From Octopus vulgaris (taxonomy: Eukaryota), in NCBI GenBank assembly GCA_951406725.2, contig OX597815.1:101928001-101992000 (forward strand): a DNA stretch of 64,000 bases, in the 5' to 3' direction. Position numbers and translations under genes: made by a program. Positions 45,131 to 58,620 of the stretch are shown in pieces (position 1 is the stretch's first letter; each line of letters begins with the position of its first letter). Under the pieces are notes generated by a model, which saw only the letters and a list, made by a program, of their open reading frames with translations, did not search any database and was not told where the DNA came from.

Positions 45131-46228
45131 AGAAACAAATACATACATACACACATATACACACATACATATGTGTATACACACACACACTCATTTTTTC
45201 ACGCATACGCTTACATTAAGAGATACGTATCCAACGCATATATAGATACATGCGAAAGATGCACACAAGTGCATATGCACTGCTGCATGATGAAATTTAC
45301 ATTTTAAAAGAAATATTTTATTGCTGTTGTTTAGCCTCAAGTCAGCTCTAATCAAGTTGACCACTGTCGTAAGATGCTCCCGCCATGACCGACACACCTT
45401 TTTGGAATATAATAAAAAAATAGTTGAAAATTAAAGCGCATCAAATAGATATAGGCATGGTTGTATAATTAAGAGGTTTGATTCGTAATCATGTGATCAT
45501 GGGTTCGTTCCTACTGCACAACCACGGAACTTTGGTCAAGAATCTTCTACTTATGTCTGCCACTGACCAACATGTAATGGAAATTGCCAGACGGAAACTC
45601 TGCTGAAGCCCAGTGTATATATATATATATAATATGTTTTTCTTATGTTTTATTATACCAATTTTTTTATTAAACCAATATTTTATAACTTTAAGCGTAA
45701 ATTCACTGTGCATGTAACACTGATTCTTATATATTTATATGTATTATATAATTTTTTATCTATTTATATATATCATTATATTTATATATTTGTCGAATTG
45801 TATATCCGTTCTTTAGATGTAAATGAATATATGAATATATGTATGTATTTAATCTTTGAGGGCAGATCTTAGTAATGTTCCTTTAGTTCCTACTCGCATT
45901 GCCTCCGCTCAAATTAAGTGGTATGTATATATATATATATATATATACGAACACAAGCACACGCACGCACATACACACAGGTACGCACATACATGCCTAC
46001 ACAAACCCCACGCACAACCCACGCACATACGCACACACACATGCGCACACATAAGCACGCACATACGCACACGAACGCACACACGCACATGCATACACGC
46101 GCAAAAAAACGCACCTAAACCCCCTACACAACCCCTCGTTCAAACACACATGCACTTGCACACACACAAGCACACGGAAATGAACCCACACATACCTCCT
46201 ATACACACACATCACACACATGCAGTCA

Positions 46229-46440
46229 TTTCAACGTGCGACCTCGTATGTATCGTTGGCGATTTTCTTTCTCCGTCTTCCCTTCCTTGGGCCTTTCCTT
46301 TTTCTATGTTTCTGACGAAGAGCTCCGCTCGAAATCTTAAATCCTACTTCTTTCTTTCCTTTCCTCAGCGTCCAATGACACTATACTTGTTCCACGTCCT
46401 CGCGTTGTTGTGTTTCTCTTTGTTCATGGTTGGATTAACT
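46229..46440 (+). mobile_element. Penelope-type non-autonomous element with minimal hammerhead motif (copy B)
   Basis: Motif at 46308-46342: gttt CTGACGA a gagc tcc gctc GAAA tctt aaat. Ends ggattaact followed by (AT)n. Confidence 0.7.
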
Positions 46441-46589
46441 ATATATATATATACAAATTAGTATATATATATATATATATATGCAATTTCCATTACATGT
46501 TGGTCAATGGCAGACAAGAGTATAAACGCATATGTCTATCATGTATATCTATTTATCTAGCTATCTATATCTGCATTATATTATATAAA

Positions 46590-46637
<48 letters not shown>

Positions 46638-47163
46638 AGAGAGAGATGCATTGATACTTGTGTATGTGTTTATCTCTACACAAACACACACATATACATA
46701 TTCACATTCATACACAATTGTACATACATACATGTATGTGAATGTGTGAGTGCCTTTATATGAAAACCATAACGTATTCGATGAATAGATATCAATAAAT
46801 TGACTAGCAGACTGAAGTAATTATTACTGCCGATATGATCGACGTAAAAACCACTTCAAGCGGAGCCCAAATATGAACGTAGTCTAAAGATAAAAACAGT
46901 AAAAGAATTAGGAACAATTTGAAGCGTCTTTTCTTTTTTCACAGTGTAAGTGCTATAACCTGCAGGTTAACTACGTTAAATTTATCGTAGATTTTGTATA
47001 GCACGCATTTTAGGCATAAAATATTTATTAAATATTTAATCACGTTGGAAACCATTGCAGGATACGCAAATTTGGGTAGCTATTTCAGTAAGCATGTAGT
47101 GTGAATATGATTTAAATAGCAATCGTTGACTTACTATTTCTGTATGCAGAAAGATGTGTAGTA

Positions 47164-47201
47164 TTTATACTCTGAGGAGTGGCCAACTGGCTACGAAACA
47201 C
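47164..47201 (+). ncRNA. degenerate type-I hammerhead ribozyme motif (second family)
   Basis: CTGAGGA - gtggcc aact ggctac (stem II) - GAAA - cacaTC, with an imperfect stem I (ttatact/aagataa). Confidence 0.45.
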
Positions 47202-47999
47202 ATCAAGATAAACTTATTTTTCTGTCTCCGAGTAGAATAACACGATATAATCACATTTGTTAACTTTCTTTAGTGGAGTCTTATAGTCTGTAGGGTAACT
47301 ACATTAAATTTACCTTGGTCTGTTTGATACAAATATTTATTCCATACTTATACTATATGTATATATATATATATGTTTGCGTGTAACTATTTTTATCGTG
47401 ACTTATTAGAAAGGAACTCAAAAATAGACAGAATAACATCCCTTTTCACCAAGTGATTGCTGCTGCTGACAAAATTCAGAGCTTTAAACCGCGATACGGA
47501 ATAATTTTTATTAATACGTTCTTACTTGCAAAGATGTTTACATAGATTTTCGGTTGACGAATTTTAAAATCTTCTGATAATGTTATCGCTTTCAGACAAT
47601 GTCAGAAGTTACTATTCTTTACAGAACGTGATATGAAGTTTCCATAAAGCTAAATATTTTACAGAGTATTGGACGTACTCATAGAATAAGTGAGTTTAAT
47701 TTACAAAAACTTCAAAAAAATACACATTATAGAAAAAAAGTTATAAAAACAAAGTAGCAATGATAAACACATGAAGTACTGCTGTTTTCTCCTTCATCAA
47801 CATCTTAGATCCACACTGAATATATTTCACAATAATTTCTTCCCATTTGGCCCAAGGCCAGCAGTTTAGGAGAAGGGGTTAGTTGATTACAATGACTCCA
47901 GCACGGAGCTGGTTCTCTATTTTATCGACCCTGAAAGGGAAAGCGAATTTGACCTCAATGGTATTTGAGATCAGAATGTAAAGAGCCGACAGAAATGCA

Positions 48000-48742
48000 G
48001 ATCTATTCCATCTCAATCACAGATCTTTTAATTCATGTTAAAGATGTCGTATTTGGGTAATTTCAGCCAATCAACGACGTGTGAAAGCTACTTTTTTTTG
48101 CGATAGTAATGGAAGAGGAGCAACTTCCGGGTCATCTCTACTAAATGTCACCACTCTGTTCGAAGAATCAACACCTTACAGTAATGAGTCCGCAGTTAGC
48201 TTTTTTGTTGTTGACGTACGAGTATATATAGTTTCAGAATGCCTTATTTTACAACTATGAGATGTATTGTTATTGTCATGACTTTATCTTACTATAATCA
48301 ACAATAAACTCATCTCGTCAATATAAAAGTCTTTATTAGATAAAAAAATAACTTTATCAAATAAAGTAACTTTATCAAAGAAAGTAAGGCAAAACAAATA
48401 GCGGCTTATACACCGGAAAATACGGCAGTTGTGGTGGCAGTGACTAGAAAGGAAGAAAGGATAGAATAGTAGTGACATTAAGTAGAGATGATCCGGAAGT
48501 TGTTCCTCTTCCATTACTATCGCAAACAGCAGTAGCTTTCTTCAGTTGAATACACTTCGTTGATTGGTTGAAATTAACCAAATACGACAACTTTAACACG
48601 AAATAACTTCTAAAATACGCAATTTTGTCAAAAACGTCCAGAGTAAACTATGTTCTACGTGAGAAATTCTACCAGTATTCGAAGTTTCAAACTGTTTAGT
48701 TAAAAAAAAAATTAATTAAAAAATTTGTGATTGAGATAGATC
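48000..48742. mobile_element. long-TIR DNA element nested in a family 1 SINE
   Basis: 48100-48153 pairs with 48470-48523 (4 mismatches in 54). Terminal ATCTCAATCACA/TGTGATTGAGAT. The host SINE (47840-47995) resumes at about 48743. Confidence 0.75.
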
Positions 48743-48879
48743 CAGAAACGCCGCTAAACATTCCATCAGATGCGTTTACGATTTTTCCACTTCCAACCTG
48801 GCGAAACAAATTCAAAATGTTACCACACCTTTATGGTCCTACAATACTTTATCCTTAATCACAACATTCGCATAATGAT

Positions 48880-49400
48880 AATTCAGAAAAAAGAAAACCC
48901 AGCATCCAATCAGGTCAAATTAGACACAAGTCTAGCACTACAGACGCGGGCTAATAATATCAATGAGACCTGCATCCAGTTGGCAGATACCAAAAATAAT
49001 TTTCATAAACCAACAGGAGATGTTACTACACTGAAAATACAGGTATTCAAAGTAAAAAAATAGAAAAAACGAAAAGAAAAGCAAGCATATATACTCCACT
49101 ACCGTCCTTACCAGCTGACTCAAGTGACAGATCCCAACTACAAAACTTAAACACTTTGAAAGAAAGCACTGGAGCAGACCTTAATGCACTTAACACGTCC
49201 TGATTTTCAAATAGTACGTATGACAAGAGAGAATTAATTTTAACACCATTACAACCACGTCCACCATTTACCTCTGACACAACTCACTCCAACACGTATG
49301 TGAACTAGCCAACTACAAGCACATCTAACTACCTAAACCGCTCGACAAACAATCTCCCAATTTCCTCCGACTACCTATCGATTCTTCCTCTCAACACATT
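48880..49400 (+). mobile_element. LINE APE endonuclease remnant
   Basis: Degenerate motifs in the correct order: ASIYTP (NIY.PP), GADLNALNTS*FS (GDFNAH..W), SSDYLSI (SDH.PI). Confidence 0.6.
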
Positions 49401-50029
49401 TATATATCAAAAGAAGAGTTTTTATTTGTATATATAAATCGTTTCAAAGTATATTCAGCATATCTGCCTATAGCATAATTCTTATATCGAATGAAGTTTT
49501 TAATAGCTTCTGTAATGAGTACGCGCTCACAAACACATGTACATGTATGTGTTTGTATGTCTCATGTGTGTTTGCATGTGTGTGTGTGTGTGTGCGTGTG
49601 TGTGTGCGCGCGCGCTTGTGTGTGAATGTGTACATATATGTATTCATGGGTGTGTGCATATATGGGTACACACACACATACGTACATACATATGAATATC
49701 TGTATGTGTGTATGTGTAGAAAAAACTTTGATCTAAATAGTGGGGAGATCTTCAGTCTTTAAACAAGGGGATTGGTCGTGGCGCCACTTGGACTAACGTT
49801 TAAGGCAAGGATCGTACTTTCATTTGCAAACTGACTCATAAGAATGCGTAGCCATATCCGCACTGACTGAATTGATAAATAAATCGTCTTTTGTTGTTCT
49901 TCATGTTTAACTAGAGCACGCTGGTAAAAGCATGCTCTAACGTGCATCACATAAACACATTTGTTCACAAAATAGACACAGTGAGAATATTCTACCTGCC
50001 AAATGTATGATCCGACCGTAAGGTATATA

Positions 50030-50589
50030 CAGTAATCACTCGCCATATCGTGGTTCACCTATCGCATTCTCAGTATACCGCGGATTTTTCTGGGGGTCCA
50101 GACTACTATGTAGGGTTGTGGTTGATCGGCATAGGTGACCGTCTGGAAGGGATGTCCTCGTAGCTCCTTTTCTGCCAACGGGTTTCTGCGGCCGATAGGT
50201 ATTTATTCTCTTTTACATTTTTATTATTTCTTTGGTAAAATATGCATTTTCACGCCTAAAAATTAATAAATAAAAGTACAGTACTACACTGTATAACACA
50301 TTAATTAAAATATATTAAAAGAAAATACGTAGTGTACCGTAGATGAGTAAACAAAGAACCGCACATACTGTATGGAAAACGAAACTCGGTAGGCGAGTGT
50401 GCGGTGTTGTTTTGCATTTATAATCAAATAGGCGCAGGAGTGGCTCTGCGGTAAGAAGCTTGCTTCCCAGCCACATGGTTCCGGGTTTAATCCCACTGGC
50501 ACCTTGGGCAAGCCTCTTCTACTATAGCCTCGGGCCAACCAAAGCCTTGTCAGTGGAATAGATAGACGGAAACTGAAAGGAGTCCGTCG

Positions 50590-50674
<85 letters not shown>

Positions 50675-51033
50675 GCGCGCGTGTGTATTTGAGTGTCTGT
50701 GTTTGTCTCCCTCCATCGCTTGACAACTGGTGTTGGTGTGTTTATGTCCCCGTAACTTAGCAGTTCGGCAAAAGTGACTGATAGAATAAGCACTAGGCTC
50801 ACAATGAATAAGTCGTCGGGGTCTATTTATTCGACTAAAGGCGGTGTTCCTGCATGGCTGCAGTCAATTGACTAAAACGAATAAATGAATAAAAGAAAAT
50901 AAATATATACAAATTATAAAAATAGTCTTAAAAAAATATATATATAGTACAGTACTGTTTCTACTTCACGGATTTTCACCTATCGCGGGGATTTTTTCGA
51001 ATGTTAACACCCGCGATAGTCGAGGGATCACTG
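50030..51033. mobile_element. pogo/Tigger-like MITE with nested SINE
   Basis: TA-CAGTAATCACTCG...CGAGGGATCACTG-TA termini. Homologous to 54405-54926. Confidence 0.75.
50431..50897 (+). mobile_element. tRNA-derived CORE-type SINE family 2 (octopus OR-like) with internal microsatellite, full length
   Basis: GGCGCAGGAGTGGCT..GGTAAG head, GGTTCCGGGTT box, GGCACCTTGGGCAAG core, internal (TA)n(TG)n, and a tail ending in ...CAGTCAATTGACTAAAAC plus an A-rich end. Confidence 0.88.
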
Positions 51034-51453
51034 TAATTGAATCAGTTGAATTACTCAAAGGAAGAAAAGTAGTGACTATAACCCTCTCCAGTGCCTCTAA
51101 GACTTTGGGTGTAAGGAAGGCTGTTGGTATCTGGTCTCAGATTAGACCTCGCTGAAGGCACCCAAGAGTCAAATGATGCTGTCAAACTAAACAACAGAGT
51201 AAATCTACTACTGAAGAACATGAATATGTCACACTATGAGCATCAATATAGTTTTCATCTAGCAAATTTCAGTCACATGAATTTGACAAATCCGAGATTA
51301 TAATAGAATTCACTATCCATTGTGCTCTGCTGTGGCTTGGCATCGAACGCAAACTCACGTATTTTTCAAAGCATATTCTTTAACCTTTGTCATATTTTTA
51401 CCGATACAATAGACAATTGCAAATGTATAAGACATGCACTAAAATTGGAAAGC

Positions 51454-51493
<40 letters not shown>

Positions 51494-54404
51494 AGATAGA
51501 AAGAGAGAGAGGGGTAGTGGAGGAGGAGGAGGAGGAGGAGGAGGAAAAGGAGGAGGAGAAAGAACAGGAAAGAATATTGTTCTATTAAAGAGAAGCAGAG
51601 TATTGTTCAAAGTTGGGGAAGCCTTCAAATTTGGAAGATTGAAATATCTGAATGAAGTGGGGGATAATAAATGGTATATCGATAGAACATATAATAGAAT
51701 AGAATAAAATAAAATAAAATAAAAACTACAAAAGAGCTCAAGAGCTTTTAAACAGTGTAAAGATAAAACTCTTCAGATTGATGTCTTAACAGCTTAATCC
51801 TATAATTTATCAATAGGGAGGAAAATTTTATGGTTAGTCTTAAACTGTGACTGAAAAAGATGCAACAACTATAGCTGCTTGCGTGCAATAATGTTGTTCA
51901 AACGTAAAGAGTCTTTACATCTCATCCTTGCTTTCAATTTTGTCGTTTCCTTCCCATTAAAACTGTATTTGAAGTGTCAAACAATAGATGTTATAGAGTA
52001 ACATAAAAACAGGCCATGTTGTTTAAGTCGCTACATGAATTCAGAAAATCTTGTTTTAGCGCGATGGATTGATAGAATCGTAACAATCGGACAATATTTT
52101 GCGGTTTCTCATCCGGCTTTTAACTTACCGAGTTCAAATACCGCTAATACTAACTTTGCCTTTGAGCCTGTAAGCAACAATGAAAAAAAAAGTACTTAAC
52201 TTACTGGGGTGGATGTAATCGAATAACCACTTCCAACAAAATTGCTGGCCTTGTGCCTAAATTGGAAGTAATTATAGAGGTTCAACAAAATAACTCACTA
52301 CATGTGGTTTTCTCCTAGTTTATTTGTGTGTGTGTGTGTATTTGTGCATAATTACTTCCAAACTGAAATTAACACTCCCTGAAGTCACGCAGTTACTTGA
52401 ATATATATATTCCACCTTTCATACCTACTAAATTTATGGTTTCATCTGTGAATATATATATCTTTTACAAACTTTTAGTGTGTAATCACTTTTATTTACC
52501 TAGTCGCATTGTTGAATTATTCACTTCGTAAATAAATCGTGAAATATAAATAACTTCGATTGTCGCTCCTTTGCTATACATGAACAATATTTCGTTAATT
52601 ATAATTGCGATATCAAAATTTTCATGAGAGCAAAAGACGGCGTAAGTTTGACAGTAACGTCGGTGCTATAAAGAAACGAATCTAGATTTAAAGAGAGTTA
52701 CAAGAAGCAGAAAGAAATGATTGCAACGAGTAAGATGTAGACTTTAAGAAAATATGGTAACCAAAATGGACAATATAAGCAACATTTTTATTAAAATATA
52801 TTAAAATTGGAATTATTGATATTTTTAGTATCGTCTTAGGTGAATCTAGAAGGTTGCTCATTGTTTTGTTTTTGTTTTTTGTAGATTAGCAACATTCTAA
52901 AAATATGTTGACACAAACTGTAGAAAAATTGAGAGGATGAATGTTATAGCAGACCTGTGAAGGATGTATGGGAAAAGAGAGACAGAGTAAAACTTTACCT
53001 GATGTAAAATATTTGTTTACTTTCACGAAAAATCGCGTTGTTACAGAGAGCAACAAGGATTTGTCTAGCAACTAAGCCTGAACGAATATCACCAATAACA
53101 TTGTAGGACAACACTGGCTAACCGCCTTCGTCGAAATACACGGTTGAAAGATATACACATGTTTAAAAATGCGCGTACGCACACACACACACACACACTC
53201 ACACACACGCACACACACGCACACACACTTGTATGTGTGCATATGTGTATACAAACATGAGCAACGAGCTTCTGTATAGTTTTATCTGACAGAGTCCATT
53301 TATAAACATCGGCTATTTCGAAATTATGCCAAAGGTGTCACCTTGTGGGATTGAACCTCAAACCAGGATGTTGTAAAGCAAATTTATTCCACAGAGATGC
53401 CTGTTGAAAGTGATTATGTTAAAAAGCCATAACAATTCATCGATAAATCTAACAGTAGTTTGGGTAAAGTAGGCAGTGAATCGATAAGCTTCGTGTGGTA
53501 TCAAGACTCTACACTGGTGAATAAAGGACGAAGAATAGCGATTAGAGCAAAGAATCTGTATTTGATTTTGAATACAATGTGTGCAAACCCTCAAGTGTAA
53601 GTTTATTTGTTCTAATTCCGGAGAATACTCTCTAAAAGTAGATATAAATTATTGATATGGAATATTCCAGTATGAAAAAAAATCATAAAAACACGCAGCA
53701 AGAGAAAACAAAAAAAATAGTAACAATGGATTTTGAAATGTATAGAAGGATAATAGAATTCATGATAGCAACAACAATGTGTCAATTATGATTTAATCTT
53801 TAATGAAGTTGAACGACAAACAGACGTGGTTGTTGTGCGAACACTTTTTGAGTCAAACTGAATTTTTGTATCCTAAAGAGCTAATGGACTTTGCGGAGCC
53901 TAGTATCCTTTGATACTGTTTAAGAATCAGTCCAACGAAAGTTCCATCAACGTAGTTATTCGACAAGCTAGAAACAGACAGTAGATTCCCCTCGGACTAT
54001 CTCCACCTCACAATCTTAAAGGAAACATAAATGTTGTCCTAGTTAAACTAAATTTGAAGAAAGATGGAAGATCCATTGCTCGAATACACTTCAGAGACGA
54101 CCTGGACCTAAATATTTATTGAATTGAATACTGACTTCAATTAAATTAATTGAATTTTGTTTATAAATAATTCTTTCTACTATAAGCATAAAGCCTGAAA
54201 TTTAGTAGAAGGGGGCTTTGTCGATTTCATCGCTATCAATGCTCGACTGGTATTTATTTCATCAACCTGGTAAGAATGGAAGGAAAAATCAACCTCTGTG
54301 GAATTTGACCTTACAACATAAAGACAGACGAAATGATGCTAATCATTTTTACCAGCGTGCTAACGATTCTGCCAGCTCGCCACCTTATTTTATTCATACT
54401 AATA

Positions 54405-54926
54405 CAGTAATCATTCGCCACATCGTGGTTTACCTATCACACCCTCAGTACATCGCAGATTTTTCTGGTTAATATATGTAAATTTATATCGCGGACTTCA
54501 CAGTGTATCGTGGGTTTTTGCGGCCGATAGGTATTTATTCTCGTTTAGATTTTAACTATTTCTGTGGTAAAATAAGCATTTTCGCACCTAAAAATTAATA
54601 AGTAAAAATACAGGACAGTACGGCACGCACATAGTGTATGGAAAACGAAACTTGTAAGATTGTGAGGAGAGTTTATAAAAGCTTAAATATATAAAAATAA
54701 TAAAATAAATAAATACAAATTATAAAAATAATTAAAAAAAATAAAGAATAAGTCTTGGGGTTGATTTTCTCGACTAAAGGCGGTGCTCCAGTATGGCCAC
54801 AGTCAAATGACTGGAACAAGTAAAAGAGAAAGAGAGTATAGTACTGTTTCTACTTCGCGGATTTTCACCTATCGCGGACGTGGAGGGCTTTGGAACATAG
54901 CTCCTGCGATAGTCGAGGTATTACTG
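54405..54926. mobile_element. pogo/Tigger-like MITE, second copy, with SINE tail inside
   Basis: TA-CAGTAATCATTCG...CGAGGTATTACTG-TA termini and shared internal blocks (GCGGCCGATAGGTATTTATTCTC; GGATTTTCACCTATCGCGG). Confidence 0.75.
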
Positions 54927-55999
54927 TACCTGTAGTTTGGTGTTAGAGATAATATTAAGCACTAGAGTTATAGTTTTAATAAGGGATTTTATGTATAGCG
55001 AGGTGGTTGTTACAAGCAGTAATGTCGTAGGAAAATTGATCATAGCTAGGATTCATCATATACGTATATCACACTGAATTTCAATCCGAGAAACAGTTTG
55101 CGATGAAATAGGCGCTGACAGCGAGCTAAAAGACATTTAGTTAACAAAGAACTTGTTGCACTGAAAACAACAAGACATGGATTTAACTAAGACCTACTCC
55201 CTTTTCAACATTCCAAAATGGGAAGAGTAATGCTAAAATAATATTGAACGATTATGTTAAATCTGATCGTCAGAAGAGAGATTACGTTGACAATTTTATT
55301 TATAAAAGATATTTGGCATTGTAACAAGACTTTTCCAAATTTGTTTTTCTATTTGTCCATGTCAAAATCTGTCGACTCGTTGAGTTCTTCATGAACCATA
55401 CTGATGTTTGAACCCTACTGCCTGTTTGTAAATGTAAATGCAGATCTTTCGATGAAAGGCTATCTTTCATGGATATGCAATGAGAGACATTCACATTGAC
55501 AGACATTTTTCACGGGACAACGAGTTTTGTCATAACCGGAAGTGTGAAATTTATCACATCAGACTATCAGATTCAATATGAATAATGAAATATAGTCTCA
55601 AATGCAACTAAAATTGGATGGTGAGTCAGGAAGGAATGGTCTGAGCTAAACCAAAATAAATAAATAAACAAAACCGTAACAATAATATCATCACCATCAA
55701 CGAAACCAATAAAAGAGTAAAAATTTAAGCATCTAAATACAGTATTATCAATTAACAAGCTACCTGAAATGAAAGTGTGTGTAGACTGCTCGATGATGAG
55801 GATTTAGTTGACACTGAATTACCTGCTCATTGAAATGGTATTATTAAGGCGGCGGGCTGGCAGAATCCACCGAGATCGATTTTGCCTTTCATCTTTTCGA
55901 GGTCTTTAAATAACTACCTGTTGAGCACTGGGGTCGATCTAATCGATTTACGCGTCCCCCGAACTAGTTGTTGTTATTAATTATTATTATTACTATTTA

Positions 56000-56450
56000 A
56001 TTTCCCCCAAATTTCATGTTAATATCTTTTGCACTTCAATATACATCTCTGTGTTTCTGAAGTGTGTGCAACATTGTCTTTGAGTGCGTAGAATTGTGTT
56101 TGTATGCTACATCTGTTTTGCCTTGTTATGGGATATTGTTGTTTCTGGTGTTATTTTAGTGTTTTTGCCTTATAGAATATACATAACGTGAGTTATGTTC
56201 TTTCGCTGGGTGGCGTTTGTATTACGTATGAGCAGCGTGTGCTGTGTTATGGGCTTCTATGTCTAGAGCATATGATGCTGTGTTGGTTGTGCTCCATTAG
56301 TGGAACTTGAATTGTTATCAGTGTTAAAAGGGTGATATTATAGTGTCGGACAACGATTATATCGGAGTATGTGTTATGTTGTATGGTGATTGTGTTTCGT
56401 ATATGTTTTGCGAGTGTCGGGTGGTGATCGTGTTGCATATGCTCTACACG
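56000..56450 (-). pseudogene. decayed Penelope-like element, linker plus GIY-YIG endonuclease region
   Basis: Frameshifted - strand translation gives RNTITI..II.RH, then CS.RNTN..P....LT.CIFYKA, then GKTD.AYK, the order expected for PLE C.CR...CP..G.CL...VYKA...YIG.T...FK. The region is strongly T/G-skewed on the + strand. Confidence 0.45.
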
Positions 56451-57679
56451 AGTTGTGTTATACAGTATTACTGGTTGGAAAGTGTGTAGGATGCCGTTGC
56501 GTAGTTTGTCTTTGGGATGTGATAGAATCGGATGTAAATTGTGTAAGAATATGTGCTATGTTACTTTATAGGATGACGATTATGTATACGATTTGTCTAT
56601 ATATTGTGTATATGGTATGCAGAGGATGTATAGGGTTAATCATTTATTTTATTAATGCGTAATATATAGGTTGTGCCTATCAAAACTTGTTTTTAAATTG
56701 TGTGGAAGTGTATGAACTCTAGTAAGATATTTTAGCTTTTGTTCATGTCCTGTTCAATCAGTATTTTTTATAGTTTTCATACCGCACATCCTGCTTATTT
56801 GTGTTTCAAGTTCCTTTCCCGGTCATACACTCACGGCCTTTTTCTGGGTAATGTTTAGTTTGAAGTAACCGAAATGTTTATACAAAATACAGTAATATTC
56901 CAGACAATACTATAATGATCTCCATCAGTTTGGATATATTCGTGTCAAATGACTGTAGCCAAATCGTTATTATGTACAACGTGTGATACAAACCTATAAT
57001 TTTTTCTCTGTTTCACATCAAGATCGCGGCATCTTGCTCGGCAATCATAGCTGCTGACTAATTCGTGCTTGTAGGTATTTTCTGATTATGTAAGGAGTGA
57101 GCAGTCACAAATAGTGCACTCAATTGTTGTCTCATTGTACTGACTGCATCATCATGGTCTGCACTTAACACTAGCCTTTATGCTTTTCATTATTACTTTA
57201 AAAAATTTTTGGGGGCTAGGGATTGATTCTGTGTCAAGGCGTGTAGCCAAGTAGTTAGAAGTGTTGCATTCACACTAGTAAGATAGTGGTATCAGTTTAT
57301 GGACTGGGCGGTGTTCTTGAGCATAACGCTTCATTGTTTTGCTCTTCATGACAAAATCATTCTGTATTTGTATATTAAATGTCTACAGCACTTCGTCCCA
57401 CTTCGATTTTCCATCAAAATGCGTACGCCCACAGTGAATAGACAAAATAAGTGCGTATATATATACATATACATAAATATGTGCATACGCGCGTACGCGC
57501 ACACACACATACACACATATACATACAAAAGAAGTTTTAATTAAAATTCTATTGCATGTATTATTCGCTTGTTACTTACGCCCCATTCTGAAGTAACCCT
57601 CGTCTAACCAAAATAATGCCACGCCCCACTAGCGTGGCGTGTGCCTTAACTTGAGAAACACCAGTCTACAGTTTGCTGA

Positions 57680-58000
57680 TCTTTGTAGGACAGATCTTAC
57701 TGTCTTTAGTGTCTATTGTGAAAATCATCTTGTCGTATTTCCACGTGAAAAGTGAGGGTAGACTGTTTTGTATCCGTATGTTGGCTGTGCTGACAGAGAT
57801 AGCAGTATTGTGGACGAAACTGAAAGAGTTAAACACAGGGCTTTCCTCCCTAACGAAGCCCTCATAATCTTGTACAAGTATCATCACAATGTGAAAGTGG
57901 AAAGAGAAGTACTGCCCTTCATTCTATGAAAGGTAGTTGTGAGTGGCGAATTCGTACTGGATGAAAGGGTAAGCCCTTCAATTCTGCCTGGTGGCTGTAC
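57680..58000 (+). mobile_element. possible RTE-like RT remnant
   Basis: Frameshifted GCAD-EIAVL.TKLKELNTGLSSL resembles YADDIALL...ELQ.LL..L. Confidence 0.35.
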
Positions 58001-58347
58001 CACAGTTTTATAAATAATTACATGCAAATTTTGTGTTAAAATTATGAAAAATTTTATGTTGTATACACACACAGACAACACACACACATATGCATACATA
58101 TATACACACGCATATATGCATACATGCATGTACGTATGTACCGATGCTTGAATGTATATCTCGATATTGGTGTGCAACTGTGCATGTGTGCATAAGTACA
58201 CCTATGTGTGCGTATGCAAGAATTGATATAGGGGCGCATATACGCATAAATAAATACATAAACATACGTACATGCATATACTTACATATGTGTGTGAATA
58301 TATATCTGCGTAGTGTACATGCACGTACGGATAACTGTATTGTAATC

Positions 58348-58393
<46 letters not shown>

Positions 58394-58527
58394 CATACAT
58401 ACACACACATGCACGCACATATGTAATCATGTACACACACCTAATATCTTTGTCTTCACCGCCAGTACAAATATAAATGTGTTTTTATGTATACTTGCCC
58501 TTGTGGCAAAGAAATCGTCAACAGTGT

Positions 58528-58620
58528 TTCTTCTTCTTCTTCTTCTTCTTCTTCTTCTTCTTCTTCTTCTTCTTCTTCTTCTTCTTCTTCTTCTTCTTCT
58601 TCTTCTTCTTTTTCTTCTTC
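58528..58620. repeat. (TTC)n
   Basis: Seen directly. Confidence 0.97.

Noticed and set aside
52861-53075. + strand exon or THAP-like fragment after a strong acceptor
   Set aside because: Stops occur early in all three frames and the motif similarity is too weak.
57570-57668. hAT-like end TTGAGAAACACC
   Set aside because: No matching opposite TIR was found nearby.
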